This document shows positions 25,681-39,910 of a DNA stretch of 64,000 bases, piece after piece. How positions within the stretch are numbered: position 1 is the stretch's first letter; every line of letters begins with the position of its first letter. The stretch lies in NCBI RefSeq assembly GCF_963921235.1, contig NC_086108.1:27840001-27904000 (forward strand). The letters run 5' to 3'. Position numbers and translations under genes: made by a program. Source of the DNA: Mobula hypostoma (taxonomy: Eukaryota). A model generated the notes under the pieces. It had not been told where the DNA came from. It worked only from the letters and a program-made list of their open reading frames with translations, and did not search any database.

Positions 25681-25820
25681 GATTGCTTGTTGCTCCAGAT
25701 TCCAGCATCTGCAGTCACGTGTGCCTCCATCATTCTCCCTATGCCTCAACTATTTACCATTTAATGTGACTGAGTACTGAGGAAAGTATGTCCTAAATAT
25801 TGACAACAGAAAAAAATATA

Positions 25821-26337
25821 CTGTAGTGTGCAAAAGTAATCAGCACATATATATAGGGTGCTGAAAATGTGTGCACAGTACTGTAGTTATTTTCTGTACT
25901 GCTGCAAAGAAAACCAAATTTCATGACATTTGAAAGTGAAGATAAACCTGATTTTGATACGGTTTTCTATTGTGGACTGAAAGTAGGAAGGGGGCAGGGA
26001 AGGGGAATCATGGTTGGGAAAAAGCAAAGGAAGAGGGGAGGAAGTGGGAAGCACCACAGAGACATTCTGTAATGATCAATAAACCAATTGTTCAGAATGA
26101 AATGACCTTGCCTGGTGCCTCAGGGCTGTGTGTCTGCACCCACACCACCCTTGCATCCCTAGGACTCTTTCTCTGCCACCTGTCCCACTCACCTCCCGTG
26201 GTACTCCACCTTTGCAATTCCCAACATCATTTGCTTCTGCCAAACTCACTCTCCACTCCACATTGGCAAATACAGTACTGTGCAGAAGTCTTAGGCACCC
26301 AAGCTGTATTAACTTGCCTCAGACTTGTACAGTACTG
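25821..26337. mobile_element. Tc1/mariner-type composite MITE (copy 2)
   Basis: TA-flanked with hairpin termini; internal sequence homologous to 7785-8295. Confidence 0.8.
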
Positions 26338-27119
26338 TATCTTTCCTCCGACATCCATTACTGAAATTTTATGCAGAACTGTTACAACTAGGGAATATTT
26401 TTATCCCATTATTTTAAGCTTTCAGTGATGATAATTGGAGTTCATTATATTTTGCATTCATATTCTCTACAGGTGATTGGAAATAATGAATCAGAGTAAT
26501 GAGATACAGTAATGAAATGCAGTGCATTCTTTCTTGGTTTTATCACAGGCTCCAGGAGAAGGAAACAACAAGGATATGACATTGCATTAGCACCATCTTA
26601 TAGTTGCTGTTGTGTGACTGAGAAATGGTTGTACAGTGAAAGTCACAGAAAGTTCATTGGCAAGGTTCCAAACAGAATGTGAAGTATTATTCAACTGCAG
26701 GTTGATATGCTTCCCTTGGAAAGTCCTTAGCAAAAGCAATAGATAGATTTGACTGCTAATGGAGAAATGTTAAGGCTTTGGCTGGTAGAGTTAAACTAAA
26801 AAATAAGTGAATACATTTTGAAGGAGTTGGTGAGCATTTTACTTATTTATTTACTTCCTGTCCACTATGAATGCCCTTCATTTCTGTTGGTGTTCAAGGC
26901 TTCCTTCATCATCTCAGTAGCTTCCTCTCAGTTTTCAATACTGTCAGCCATGCAAATCCCAGGTGGAGGCTCAGGAATACCGTTGCACTCGGGTATAGAA
27001 GGAGTCTTCATTGCTGTTTCCGTAACAATTTTGTTTTACCAGTGAAACTCCCTTTTGCTCTGGGTGTCTCTGGAAATCTGGCTTGTCAGACCTTCGCTAA
27101 CAGCCACTGGATTCCGTGG

Positions 27120-27761
27120 TGATAAACCCACCTTTTCCTGGCTTTGTCCATCTCGGGTGTATACAACTTTAGTCCTGCCAACTCCGTGAGTTGGGCTGTC
27201 TCGGTTTGTGTAAATGCTATGTGATTTACTGCCCCCGCAAGAAACAACGGATAGTACATTGCATACAATTATAAAAAAGTATACTAAAGAATTTAAGCAG
27301 TTATTAATTGAAAGGAAGGAAAAAACAAAAAGGGCCCATTACTCTTAAACTGCCAAATGTGCAGTTAAGTTGGAGCTCATCTTGAATTTGTCTGTCACTC
27401 ATGCACTGAACCCTCGGTCTGAGTGAAAGCATACAACACCTTCAGACTATCACTCGGAACCCATCTCGAACAAACGGGTCTCCCATGGGAGTATTAGTCC
27501 TTCCTTGTTGAAGCTATTTATCTGCACAAAGCGCCTTGTGCAACAGGGACGGTATCTTCAGCCATCTTTTCTTCTGTCTTCTCCCAGCTCCCACCCAACA
27601 AAGATCTCTCCCCCCAGTTCTAACATCCTGACTGGCTGACACCACATTCTTAAGTTGAATAATCTCAACTCAAACCCAAACATGCTGAAAGCAGAACAGA
27701 CCGCTCTTACAGAACTACTAAAATGAAATACCTACAGCGAAATCTTAACAGGGGTGTTACA
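27120..27761 (-). mobile_element. Possible solo LTR
   Basis: Minus strand begins TGTAACACCCC and has LTR-like composition. No TSD found; left boundary uncertain. Confidence 0.35.
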
Positions 27762-27764
27762 CTA

Positions 27765-27968
27765 GTCAGGGTTGTTAACCCTGAGATGAACTGCTGAACC
27801 TGCAAGACTGTTAAACCTCTCTTAGTCCCACCTCTACCCTTTGACCTGTTTGGCATGGGTGATCCTACCAAGAGCCAAAGCACAAGGCCTGACTCGAACC
27901 AACATAGCTCTCGGGGTCATTGAGGCATGCAAGTCTCCAAATTACAAGGCTGTGGTCCTCTTGGAGGA
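27765..27968 (-). mobile_element. RTE-type 5' region fragment
   Basis: TTGACCTGTTTGGCATGGGTGATCCTACC...CATAGCTCTCGGGGTCATTGAGGCATGCAAG resembles the reverse of an RTE 5' UTR (recognised from memory). Confidence 0.4.
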
Positions 27969-29556
27969 TGAACATTGAGAAAGTTGAAATGGTTATGTAA
28001 AGATGAATTTAATATGGGAGGGAATGATTGTTGATTTTGTGCAATGCTCGCAGAACATTCCAGAATTTCTGATGCCATATCATTTACTAGTGAGTCTACC
28101 AAATATGAAACAAATGTGTAAGAATGCAAATGGAACATGCCACTTAATACACAGTGAACTATTTGAATATTTTTATTCTTATATGGTATTGTACTGTTGG
28201 AAAGCCCAAGGTAATAAGATACACTTGTGAGCTAATGGGTTTCTGATGCTCCATACCCTGTGCCACTAATGAAGAGACAAAATATTGTGAGAATTCTGAT
28301 CATGAGTACAATAATTTAGTAACAGAATTATTGCCCATACGGCTGGCCCATGATCTTAATATCTAGCATCAGCAAAGACAGCAGCTGATACCCATAAACA
28401 TTGATCCTGCAGGTCAGACGAAGCACAAATCCAAGCAGAGTCATTACCACGAACATTGTTCAACAGCTCCAAGGACATGATGTGAAGTGGTGATTAACCA
28501 CAGGTGAAGCTCTAGCCAGACTATCTGTGCACTGACCAGTAATACATTTTGCATTATAACCCAATTATCATTCAGTCAGCTGTGGAGAATTCTCAGCTGA
28601 CTCTTTGAACTATACCCAGGAGAATACTTCCCTCATCTCAAGGCTCACCCTATCTGGACCTTAATAGCTTTGATTTCAGAAAGTGGAGAAATAGAAATGA
28701 TCTTTGCTTTAATTAGTCACATTAAATTCATGAAATACAGCCTGCAGTCCTTCTGCGCAGTCTGTGTAAATTGCAGCATTTGATGGGGAGCCTAGGCTGC
28801 AGCAACAAATGAAATGATTAATGAATCTTGTCTTTATCAAGAGCAAAAAAAAAATTCCTGTCAGTTGAAAATTAAGTGTTGAGAATTGTCTGTTATTATT
28901 CCGAGGGAAAATGTTTCAGGCGTGTCAAAGCATGTTGGCCTGCAGCCCCATTAGCTATGGTATTGGTTAGGGCAGTCACATCCTCCATAATCCTACAGAG
29001 AAAATTGTCTGCCACAACAGATTGCAAATTTAAAATTCACTGTGAATTAAATATGGAAATGGTTTAGAAGCATAAATGAATCTGGGAAGAGATATATAAT
29101 GGAACAGAGTTTAATATTAATATCTTTTTCTCAATTATATTTGCTGAAATGTGCCATCTAAATCACAATATATTGCCCGGGAATTCATCTCAGGTTAATA
29201 GCCCTTGATGTACTGTATAGCACTGTCTGAATCTTGCACGGATTCTGAAATTCAGTTCCATTGAAGTCAACAGTGTGAATTTCAGAGCTGTGATAAGACG
29301 TGCAGCAGTAGCAATGTAGGGTGTTGTTGGTATTATTAACCAGAGATGAATTTCTAGTTAATTGTATTTTAATCACTATGATTATACATGATACTCATCA
29401 ACTCACATTGGAGAATATACCTGTAACATCGATTGTTAAATAAGACAAGGCTGAAACCCCATTCAGGTGGATGTCAAATATTCTGAGGAATCTTGCGAAG
29501 TGCATCATCAGCACTCAGACCCAGTATTTTCCCCATCAATTTGGGAGTTATCTCCT

Positions 29557-29830
29557 CAGTATAGCATAGCGGTTAATGCAAAACTATTGCAGCCCAGGAC
29601 GTTACAGAATTCATTTCTGGCGCCGTCTGTAAGGAGTTTGTACATTCTCCCCGTGAAGGTGTGGGTTTCGTCTTGGTTTTCCCTCCCATAACCCAAAGAA
29701 GTACCAGTTCGTTGGTTAATTCTCATTTTACATTGTTCTGCGATTAGGCTAGTGTTACATAGGTGGGTGTCGGGCATTGTTGCTTGTTGGGCAAGGGCCC
29801 ATTCCACACTGTATCTCTAAATAACTATAA
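29557..29830 (+). mobile_element. tRNA-derived V-SINE (HE1-like)
   Basis: TAGCATAGCGGTTAA head; GTAAGGAGTTTGTACATTCTCCCCGTG core; homologous to 12070 and 18478. Confidence 0.75.
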
Positions 29831-30619
29831 ATGAAAAATACTGCTTGGGCAAACTTGTGCTGCACGCTGTGGTTCCTATATTACCTTGGCTGAGATGTAT
29901 TTGTTCAATAGAAATGTACAAAGAATCCATTTAATGTAATTTAAGAAAATGATAGCGATTAATCATTAAACGTTATTAGCAAACGTGGTATATTTACTAA
30001 CCATTGAACACTACTTGACGATGGTTTATACAATGTCCATCAAACACTAATCAAATAATGAAGTACTTTTCTAAGATATAGAGTGAACTTTGAACACCAA
30101 TTAACTGTAGTTTGTGAAATGTTCATTAAAATCTATTTGGCCATAAAACACATAAGGATTATTCAAGTTTAATTTCACAATATAATGTTCTTTGATTTTT
30201 ATTGAAATAATAATTTCCCTTTCGATTCCTCCTACAGAATTAGATGACCACACCGTTTTCCACATCAAACCTCCATTTGCCCAATTTTCACCCACTGTCA
30301 CAATATATTGATAACCCAATCTGGAGAATTGCTGAATGACAGGTTTTTTCTGTTGAGGAATAGGTTGGGAAGTGAAGGATGATGGAGCAGCCTGGGAGCA
30401 GACACAATCTGACCCGAACTCAGCCCATCACAGTGATCATCCTTGTACACCAGTGGGTGAATAAGAGTATTGTGAGACTCTGTGAGATTCCTTAATGTAA
30501 TGTTCTGATTCATTTTAAAACAGGAGCAAAAGAAATACGAAGACTGCTCGAGTCATGATTCAGTCTCCTGGTTTTCCTTTTCCTCCACACATGCTGCTTG
30601 ACTGGCTGAGTTTCTGCAG

Positions 30620-31887
30620 AGAAACAGGCCTTTCAGCCCATCCAGTCTGTACTGAAAACATTTGCATTTGACCTCACATGGACTACTTGTGCTAGCAGCT
30701 CATTCCACACTCTCACAACCCTCCGTGAGAGTGTTTCCCCTCATGTTCCTCTTAAACTTCTCACCTTTCACCCTTAAGTCATGACCTCTGGTTGTCGTCC
30801 CACCCAACCTCAGAGGTAATAGCCTGCTTGCAATTATTCAGTCCATACCCCCCATAATTTTGTGAATACCCCTATCAAATCTCACAATTTTATACATTCT
30901 AAAGAATACAATCCTCCAGACATGACAACGTCCTTGTAAATTTTCTCTGTACTCTCTCAATCTTATTTATATCTTTCCTGTAGGTTGGTGACAAAAACTG
31001 CACACAATACTCCAAGTTAGGCCTCACCAACACTTTAGACAATTTCAACGTAACATCCCATTTCCTGTACTCAGTATGTTGATTTATGAAGACCAATGTG
31101 CCAAAAGCTTTCTTTACGAGCCTATCTACCTGTAACACCACTTTCAATGACTGTTTTCCAAAATCCCTTTGTTCGACCATGCACCTCAGTGCCCTACTGT
31201 TCACTGTATGACCTACCAAAGCTGCATAACTCCACACTTGTCTGCATAAAATTCCATCTGCTATTTTTCAAGCTGATGCAATTCCCTCTGTAAACCATGA
31301 TAGCAATCCTCACTGTCCTTTACACCCCCCAGTCTTGGTGTTATCCACAAATTTGCTGATCTAGATAACCACATTATCATCTAGATCATTGATACAGATG
31401 ACAAACAAAGGACCCAGTACTAATCCCTGCAGCACTCCACTAGTCACAGGCCTCCAGTCGGAGAAGCAACCCTCTACTACCACTCTCTGGCTTCTCTCAC
31501 AATGTCTAATCCAATTTATTACTTCATCATGAATGCCGAATGAATGAATTTTCTTGATCAGCCTCCCATGTGGGTCCTTGTCAAATGCTTTACTAAATTC
31601 TATGTGGACAACATCCACTGTCTTTCTTTCATCTACTTTCCTGGTAACTTCCTCAAAAATCTCTAAGATTAGTTACATGTGACCTACCACACAGGAAACC
31701 ATGCTGACGATCCTTAATTAGTCCATCTATCCAAATACTTATATATTCAGTCCCTTAGAATACCTTCCAATAACTTTCCCACAACTGATGTCACACTTGG
31801 CAGCCTGTGATTTCCTAGTTTATGTTTAGAGCTTTTTTAAACAGTGGAACAACATTGGCTATCCTCCAGTCCTCTGGTACCTCTCCT
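30620..31887 (-). mobile_element. CR1 LINE, 3' RT segment (continues at 34911-34946 and 36357-37507)
   Basis: FSKAFDK, SGVLQGLVLGPL, LVRPNLEYCVQF; colinear with the CR1 at 55825-58818. Confidence 0.88.
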
Positions 31888-34800
31888 TGCCAAGATGGCA
31901 CCGCATACAACAGCCCTGTTACGAGCTTCATACCAACTTTACAGTGTATGCTAATTTCTGTCATTTCCTTTGCATTTCTTGTTCAAGAAGCTGATAGTCA
32001 CACCAGATATGATCAACTGACTCTTCTGAATATCGGTCATTTACCCATAACGTGGTGCCTTTTCTACATTGCGAACCCCTGCTTCCATGATCCACGGGAG
32101 GCTCATCCTCGGAAGTGGCACTGGAGGTGAGGGAGAAGGGCCGGAGTCCTGCTGAAGTTGAGATGGCATGCTAATTGGCCAATGCTCCTTAGCATGCTCC
32201 TGGCTAACATTCAGTCCCTGTACAGTAAGCTGTGTGAACTGAGAGCCAGAATCTCCTACCAGAAGGAAACAAAGGAATGTAATGTTTTGTGCTTCATGGA
32301 GACCTGCTTGACGGAGGAGATACTGGATCACGCCATCGAGCCCTCTGGGCGGACAGATCTGAAAACTTCTCTGGGAAGAATAAAGGAGGTGGGATATACT
32401 TCATGGCCAATAATGCTGGTGCGACCCCTGGAATGTGCATGTCCGAGAATCCTTTTGCTCCCCGAATCTGGAGTACCTTGTGCTGCAGTGTAGACCTCTT
32501 TGGCTGCCTAGAGAATTCATGGCTGTTATTATCTCAGCTGTGTATATTCCGCTGCAGGGTGACACTGACCTGGCTCTCAAGGAACTGTATGTGACCATCA
32601 GCATCCTGCTCCTTTCATCGTCGCCAGAAAACTTAATCGAGTATCACTGACTAAAGTCTCTCCGAAGTTTTGTCAACACATCCAGGTGAGCGCATGGGGA
32701 GATAGCATACCTGACCACTGCTACTCACCCTTCTGCAACGCTTACAAAGTGCTCCTCCGTCCACCGCTTGGGAAGTCTGACCAGTCCTCCATCCTGCTTC
32801 TGCCCATGTACAGGTAGAAGCTGAAACAAGAGGCAGCCATAGTAAAAACTATCAACTGTTCATCCGACCAATCAGTCTCCATGCTACAGGACTGCTTTGA
32901 TGACATCACTTGGAATGTCTTTTGTGATGACGATGTCTACGAGTTCATGGAAGGGGTCACGAGCTTCATCCAGGAATGCACCAAGGACTTTGTCCACCAA
33001 AAATTGGTCAAGGTCTATCCAAACCAGAAACCCTGGATCAATAGTTCTGTGCGCGCTGCATTCACTGCGGGACACAGAGCTTTCACCATTGGTAACTACT
33101 AGGAACTCAAGAAATGCAGCTATGATCTATGCAAAGTCATCAAGGCAGTGAAATGACAATACAGGGACAAGATCCAGGCACAACTCTTCACCAACAACAC
33201 ACGTCGCTTACGGCAAGGTCTGCACACCATCATGGACTTCAAAGCTAAATGCAGTGGTGCTGCCAACATTACTGCCTCTCTCCCAGATGAGCAAAATCTT
33301 TTTTACGCTTGGTTTGATGTCGCCTACACTGAGTCCCTAAGGAGAGCCGCCAATGCGATCTGCACCTTGGTCATCTGAGGCTGAAGTACTCAGGTGCTTC
33401 CAACGAGCGGGCAGCTGCAAGGCTGCGGGACAGGACAGCATCCCAGGGCAGGTACTCAGAGTGTGCACGACACAACTGGCTGGTGTGTTTACAGACATTT
33501 TTAATCTCCCCCTCTCCCAGTGTAGAGTACCCTCTTGCTTCAAGACATCCATCATTTAGGTACATCCATCATTGTACCTAAAAAGACCAACGTAACATGT
33601 CTAAATGACTGGCATCCCATTGCACTCACACCAATAATAATCAAACGCTTTGAGAGGCTGGTCAAAGACCACATCTGCAGCATGCTACCACCCACACTGG
33701 ACCCCCTACAATTCACCTACGGACACAACTGATCGACAGATGACGCAATAGCCACAGCTCTACATACCATCCTTACACATCTGGAGAAAAGAGATGCTTA
33801 TGTGAGAATGCTGTTCTTGGACTGCAGTTCAGCATTCAACACCATAATTCTCTCCAGGCTTGACAAGAAGCTCAGAGACCTCAGCCTTCACCCTGCCTTG
33901 TATAACTGGATCCTAGACTTCCTGTCAGATTGCCAGCAGGTGGTAAGAGTGGGCTTCCTCACCTCTGCCCCTCTGACCCTCAACACAGGCTCAGGGCTGT
34001 GTCCTAAGCCCCCTCTTTTACTCTCTGTATACCCATGACTGTGTCACCACCCACAGCTCCAATCTCCTAATTAAATTTGCAGATGATAATACATTGATTG
34101 GCTTTATCGCAAATAATAATGAGGCAGCCTACAGAGAAGTCATCACCCAGACACAGTGGTGTCAAGAAAACAACCTCTCCCTCAATGTCACAAAAACAAA
34201 GGAGCTGGTTGTGGACTACAGAAGGAATGGAGACAGGCTCACCCCTATTGATATCAAGGGATCTGGGGTTAAGCGGATGAACAGCTGTAAGTTCATTGGT
34301 ATACACATCCCCAAGGACCTCACTTGGTCTGTATATAGTAGCTCCATGGTGAAAGAAGTACAACAGCTCCTCTTTCACCTCAGATGGTTGAAGAAGTTCA
34401 GCATGAGACCCCAAATCCTAAGAACTTCCTACAGGGGCACAATTGATAGCATCCTGACAGGTTGTATCACTGCCTGGTATGGGAACTGTACTTCCCTCAA
34501 TCGCAGGACTCTGCAGAGAGTGGTGCGGACAGCCCAGTGTATCTGAACTTCCAACTATTCAGGATATTTACAGCAACAGTTGCGTAAAAAGGTCCCAAAG
34601 GTTCAGTGGGGACCCGAGTCACACCAACCACAAACTGTTCCAGCTGTCACCATCGGGAAATAGTACTGCAACATTAAAGCCAGGATCAACAGGCTCCAGG
34701 ACAGCTTCTTCCACCAGGCCATCAGACTGATTAATTCACGCTGACACAATTACATTTCTATGCAATATTGATAGCTCTGTTGTATTTCTTACTGTACATA

Positions 34801-34910
34801 CTAATTATTACAAATTCCTAATTTGCACATTACACATTCAGACGGAGACATAACAAAGATTTTTACTCCTCATGTATCTGAAGGATGTAAGAAATAAAGT
34901 CAATTCAATT
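31888..34910 (+). mobile_element. Near full-length Rex1/Babar LINE (second subfamily), inactivated, inserted into CR1
   Basis: CAAGATGGCACC head (31891); [36 protein letters not shown] near 34076; AATAAAGT(CAATT)n tail. Confidence 0.9.
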
Positions 34911-35184
34911 GAAGTCAGTTTTAAATATTGCTGCTTGGGCCCCAGCTGTCACAATGGGGGCATAGGGAATGGACCCAAGTGCAAGACACAGACACTGAAG
35001 TACAAGGAACATGATTTGACTAGAGTAGGGACATGACAGGATACAGACAAGGAGCAGGGACAAGAACGCAGACTTGGGCTTGGACCCCGATCAGAAGACT
35101 TGTCAAAGACCTAGAACCTGGGTCTTGCCTTGGGCTCAGGCCCCAGAACCAGGCATGGGCATGACATGACTACAGGACTTGAGG

Positions 35185-35415
35185 TTGGAGACTTGAGGCT
35201 TGAGGCTTGGAGACAGTCTTGGGGTCTTGAGGCTCGGGCTTGGAGACAGGCTTGGGGTCTGGGGTCTTGGGTCTTGAGCTGAGAGACAGGCTTGGGGTCT
35301 GGGGACTTGGGTCTTGAGCTTAGAGACAGGCTCGGGGTCTGGGGTCTTGAGTCTTGGGTCTTGAGCTGAGAGACAGGCTTGGGGTCTTGCGTCTTGGTCT
35401 TGAGGCTTGAGGCTG
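35185..35415. repeat. Minisatellite within the solo LTR
   Basis: Repeated GAGACAGGCTTGGGGTCT...GGGTCTTGAGCT units of roughly 40 bp built from short CTTGAGG/CTTGGG sub-units. Confidence 0.8.
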
Positions 35416-35423
35416 GGGTACTT

Positions 35424-35556
35424 CATAGTCATAGTCATACTTTATTGATCCCGGGGGAAATTGGTTTTCATTACAGTTGCACCATAAATAATAAATAGTA
35501 ATAAAACTATAAATAGTTAAATAGTAATATGTAAATTATTTATGCAGGAAATAAGT
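35424..35556 (-). mobile_element. Short LINE 3'-tail insertion within the solo LTR
   Basis: AT-rich island ending on the minus strand in GGGATCAATAAAG(TATGAC)n, a Rex1-style tail. Confidence 0.65.
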
Positions 35557-36356
35557 GGCTTGGGTACGGACTCCGAGCCAGAAATTGGGGAAGGACCCAG
35601 AACCTGGGACTTGACTCGGGCTCGGACTCCAGAACTAGGCACGGACAAGACTGGACATGGCTTGGGTGAGGAACTCCTGGGTAGTGCGAGACACAAGGAC
35701 AGGTAAAGGCACATGGGCAGGACTCGGATAGGACTGGACTAGGCACGGACTGGATGAGGGCCTTCAGGAGCACGGAGCCTTGGACTAGGAGAGACAGGAG
35801 CACGGAGCCTTAGACTAGGAGAGATGGGAGCATGGAACACAGAGCCGGGACCCGTCCTTGGGAACAGGGCATAGGGTCAGGACTCAAACACATAACACAG
35901 AGCCAGAACCCCTCCTTGGAAACAGGATGTAGGGCTGGGACTCATACACAGAACACTGAACATGAAGAGACGGATCCCAACACAAAATGGTGGCAAATGG
36001 CCGGACCTACCTAGCGAAGGAGTGGACACAGAAAGACAATTCCACACAATGAATGACAGTCCCTTATCTTGACCTAACAAGGCTCCGATCATGCTCCAGC
36101 AGTAAAACTTCAGCGATACAGGCAGGGCATCCAGGCTAGGTGAGCAGGCAGAGAGTCAGGCAAGGGGGGAAAGACAAGGAGGGAAACAGAACAGTCCAGC
36201 AGGGAATCCCTGGTTTGCAGAGGTATTTATGTCTCAGCCCCAAAACGAGAATCATGTGCCCACAACAGAAACTGGGGAAAACCAGAAACCCCAGAACAAG
36301 GAACCATGGACCAGACTGTGAACCGGAACACGGACTTCACGGACCGGACCATAACA

Positions 36357-37507
36357 CCAGCAGCTTCTGCACTTGCCTCCTGAAGGGTCCGAGGGAACTC
36401 CTTGTCAGGCTCTGCGATTTATTCACCCTGATTTGCCTCAGTATAGCTCCTCCTCTGTAACCTGTACAGGGTCGATGAAGTTGACGTCACTTTGCCTCAC
36501 TTTGCCTCACTTCTATAGACTCTGTGTCCCAAGTAAATACAGATGCAAAGAATGCATTTAAGATCTCCCCAAACTATTTTGGTTCCGCACATGGATTATC
36601 ATTCTGGTCTTCCAGAGGACCATTTTGTCCCTTGCAATCCTTTTACACTTAACATACATGTAGAATCCCTTAGGATTCTCCTCCTTTGCTAGAGCAACTT
36701 CATGCCTTCTTTTAGCCTTCCTGATTTCTTTCTTTAGTGTTCTCTTGCATGTCTTATACTCCATAAGCACCTTGTTTGTTCCTCCCTGCCTATACCTGTT
36801 ATGCACCTCCTTTTTTCTCTTAACCAGGGCCACATTATCTCTTGAAAATCAAGGATCCTTAAAGTTGCTGCCTTTACCTTTTATTCTGTCAGATATATAC
36901 AAACATTGTAGACTCAAAATTTTGTTTTTGAAAGCCTCCCACTTTCCAGGGTCACTTTTGCCAGAAAGAAAGCCTGTCTCAATCCACATTTGCCAGACCA
37001 GATACCATCAAAACTGGCCTTTCTCCAATGTAGATCCTAACCCATGGACCTATTGCTTTGCATATTTAATGGAATTATGTTGAAACTAATGGCATTGTGA
37101 TCACTAGATGCAAAGTGTTTCCCTACACAAACTTTCATCACCTGCTCTTTCTCTCCCTTAAATGCAGATCCAGTATTGCATGCTCTCTCATTGTGTCTTC
37201 TGCATACTGATAAAGGAAACTTTCCTGAACACATTTGACAAAGTCTATCCCATCCAGTCCTTTTACAGTATGGGATTTCCAGTCAATATGTGAGAAGTTA
37301 AAATCACCTGCTATAACAACCTTATGTTTCTTGCAAAGGCTTGCAATCTCTTTACAAATTTGTTCCTCTAAATCCCTGGGACCATTGGGTGGTCTGTAAC
37401 ACAGCCCCATTAAGGTGGTCATACCTTTCTTATTTCTCAGTCCTACCCATAGCACCGCAGTAGTCAAATTCTTCAGTCTGTCCTGACTGAGCAGTGCTGT
37501 GACATTA
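36357..37507 (-). mobile_element. CR1 LINE, 5' segment (APE and linker), same copy as 30620-31887
   Basis: YRPPN, VVIAGDFN, ILDL, SDHN; aligns with 57330-58470. Confidence 0.88.
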
Positions 37508-39154
37508 TATGTTGAAGTTTTTGTACAAAGTTTGGGTCAATGTAAAACAGCGAAGTACAAAGGCCAGTTAAAACATAGAACATAGTAGAGTTCAGACAGG
37601 AACAGGCCAATCAGCCAAAAATGTTGTGCTGAACCAGCTAAAAAGCAAATCAAATGCACCCAAATCAGGTTAATTGGAGAGCAGAGTGGTTTGAAGTGGA
37701 CCAGGCAATGTGAGGACGTGTGGGGTAATGCATTAAACATAGTGAACCAAGATCAAACAGAGGCAACAGGGAGAAGTGCAGAGGTGCAGGATGATCCAGA
37801 GTGGACTCAGCAAACTGGGTTGCGGACCCTGCAAAGAAAAACTCAAGCGGACTTTAAAAGTGAGAAGGCAGAGTGGACTGTACAGGGTGAAGCACGATCA
37901 AACTGGGCAGGGTAAAGCAGGTGCAAACCAAGAATATGCAAGAAAGCACAAAAGATCCTGGTCAAAGCAGGAAATGGTGGGTGTGTGGACGTAGACCAAA
38001 CAGTGTGAGGAGATCCGAGGTGATGAGCCAATATATCAGGGAGGGTGAAGCATGAACAGGCTGAGAAGGCAGAGTGAAACACATAGGTAGCGGATGGCAG
38101 GGAGCAGTACTGATGCAGTAGGATCATCCCAAGTACTGCACTGGGTGCAGAGCTGGTCAGTGGAGCTCATGCGGTCATGAAAGGGCAGAATCCAATTGGA
38201 CTTGAAAGGTGACGTCACAGCGGACCATACTGGGTAAACTAGGAGCAGGTATGAACTGGGCAAAGGGCAACTAATCCAGGAATGCGCAACAGAGATGAGC
38301 CTCTGAAAGAAGAAAGGTGGTTGAAATTGGTCTGAGCAATGTGAAGAAGGTGTGGTCATGGCAAAATGAACCAAAGACCACAGAGTAAATCAGACTAGTC
38401 TAGATAGATATGAGGGCACAGAATCATTGTGGGCAGAATAGCCTGTATCTTTGCAGATACTTTAAAGTAAGTTCTAATATTGCTCATTCCAAGTCACTCT
38501 ATAAAACTCCCGTAGCAAGTCAGTTAAGTGTCATTGTCTGCATATTCAGAGTATCCGTAGTAGCTGATGTAATATATTTGTTGGTTTTATTACAAAACAT
38601 ACTTAAAGGAGAACTAGCAGGTGGTGATGATTCTTCCAGGCACCTCCTGTCCTTGTTCTTCCAGCTTACAATATAATTGATATACAGTATCTAGGCTCAA
38701 GACATTTATTGCTAACCCCAGCTTTTTACTGTGGCAGAAGCAACCAACCAAGGTTGAAAATGATTATGGCTAGGTAATTTAAATTTCTCTCTGTTTCTTT
38801 TTGACTATCTTTTTCTGATCTAATCAAGAGAAACAATATTGTCCAGACTGACCTGATTATGACTGTCCACAAAAAATGAAGCATCATTTTTCATGTTAAC
38901 CTAACAAAGATACTCCAACTAATTGACCTGATCAATGCAATTACAGCCATTTGGAGATGAGGTTGCTACCAGAAGACTGGTTAAAAAGACTGATACAAAT
39001 ACCAGGATGCAGAAAGGGCTAAATTACAGAGATGCAGAAACAGAATCCACTCTTTAATCCTCAACTAAGAAGGATCTCATTCCAGAGACTGCTTTCTATG
39101 ATTGATTAGTTATTTGTCCGCAACTTACTGGTATATTTTTCTAGTTTGTAAGAA

Positions 39155-39582
39155 TTGCACACTACTATAGTAATTTTATGTATTGCACAATACTGCTACC
39201 ACAAAGAAAACTAATTTCATGACATATGTGAGTGAAGATAAACCTGATTCTGATGTTGGTCTTGATTATGGACTGTGAGTGGGAAGGGGACAAGGATAGG
39301 GGAGGGAGCAGGAAGCACTAGAGGGACATTCTGTAATGATCAATAAACCAATTATTTCAAATCAAATTATCTTGCCTCGTGTCTCAGGGCTAGGGTGTCT
39401 GCACCCATGCCACCTCTACCCTCCTGTGCCTCTGACACTCCTCTGCCATTTATCCCCCACCCCTCCCACGACATTCCACCTTCGCCATTCCTAACATCCT
39501 TTGCACCCACTGGATTTACAAACTCACCCTCAGCTCCACATGGACAAATACAATACTATGCAAAATTCTTAGACATCCTAGC

Positions 39583-39617
<35 letters not shown>

Positions 39618-39649
39618 TTGTGTGTGTGTCTGATTTTTGCCCAGTACAG
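39155..39649. mobile_element. Tc1/mariner-type composite MITE (copy 3, left end truncated)
   Basis: Internal homology to copies 1 and 2; the right hairpin loop has expanded into (TA)n(TG)n. Confidence 0.75.
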
Positions 39650-39910
39650 CAGGTGTGTTTTTCCTTTGTAGAGATATAATCTGTTAAAAATTACTCAAAA
39701 TAAAAACAAAACAGTTGTTTAACCTGTTTCGGTATCTCCTCCTTGGTCAGGAGAGAGGATCTACTGCTTGAAATAGTGACTCTTGACAACTTAAACTCTT
39801 TCAGAAAAGAGATTAAAGTAGCTAAGTGTTTTTTTCTTTGAAATATGAATTCATACAATATAACCTCACTAAAGTGAGGGAGATACTTATAATTGATAAG
39901 ACTTTTATAC

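Larger units (their letters stand above)
34947..36356 (-). mobile_element. Solo LTR (1410 bp), same family as 15361-16680, inserted into CR1
   Basis: TGT...ACA termini; 5-bp TSD CCAGC (34942-34946, 36357-36361); shared terminal and internal motifs with 15361-16680. Confidence 0.88.

Noticed and set aside
30238..30311. Acceptor-like CCTCCTACAG followed by a short frame LDDHTVFHIKPPFAQFSPTVTIY*
   Set aside because: No recognisable protein similarity or supporting upstream exon; such signals are common by chance.
35185..35415. CRISPR-like appearance of tandem repeats (also 16150-16270)
   Set aside because: No unique spacers, no cas genes and a eukaryotic context; these are LTR-internal minisatellites.
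37509..38390. Purine-rich LTR-like stretch containing a short CR1 tail remnant
   Set aside because: No TG..CA pair with a TSD could be defined, so it was not called.
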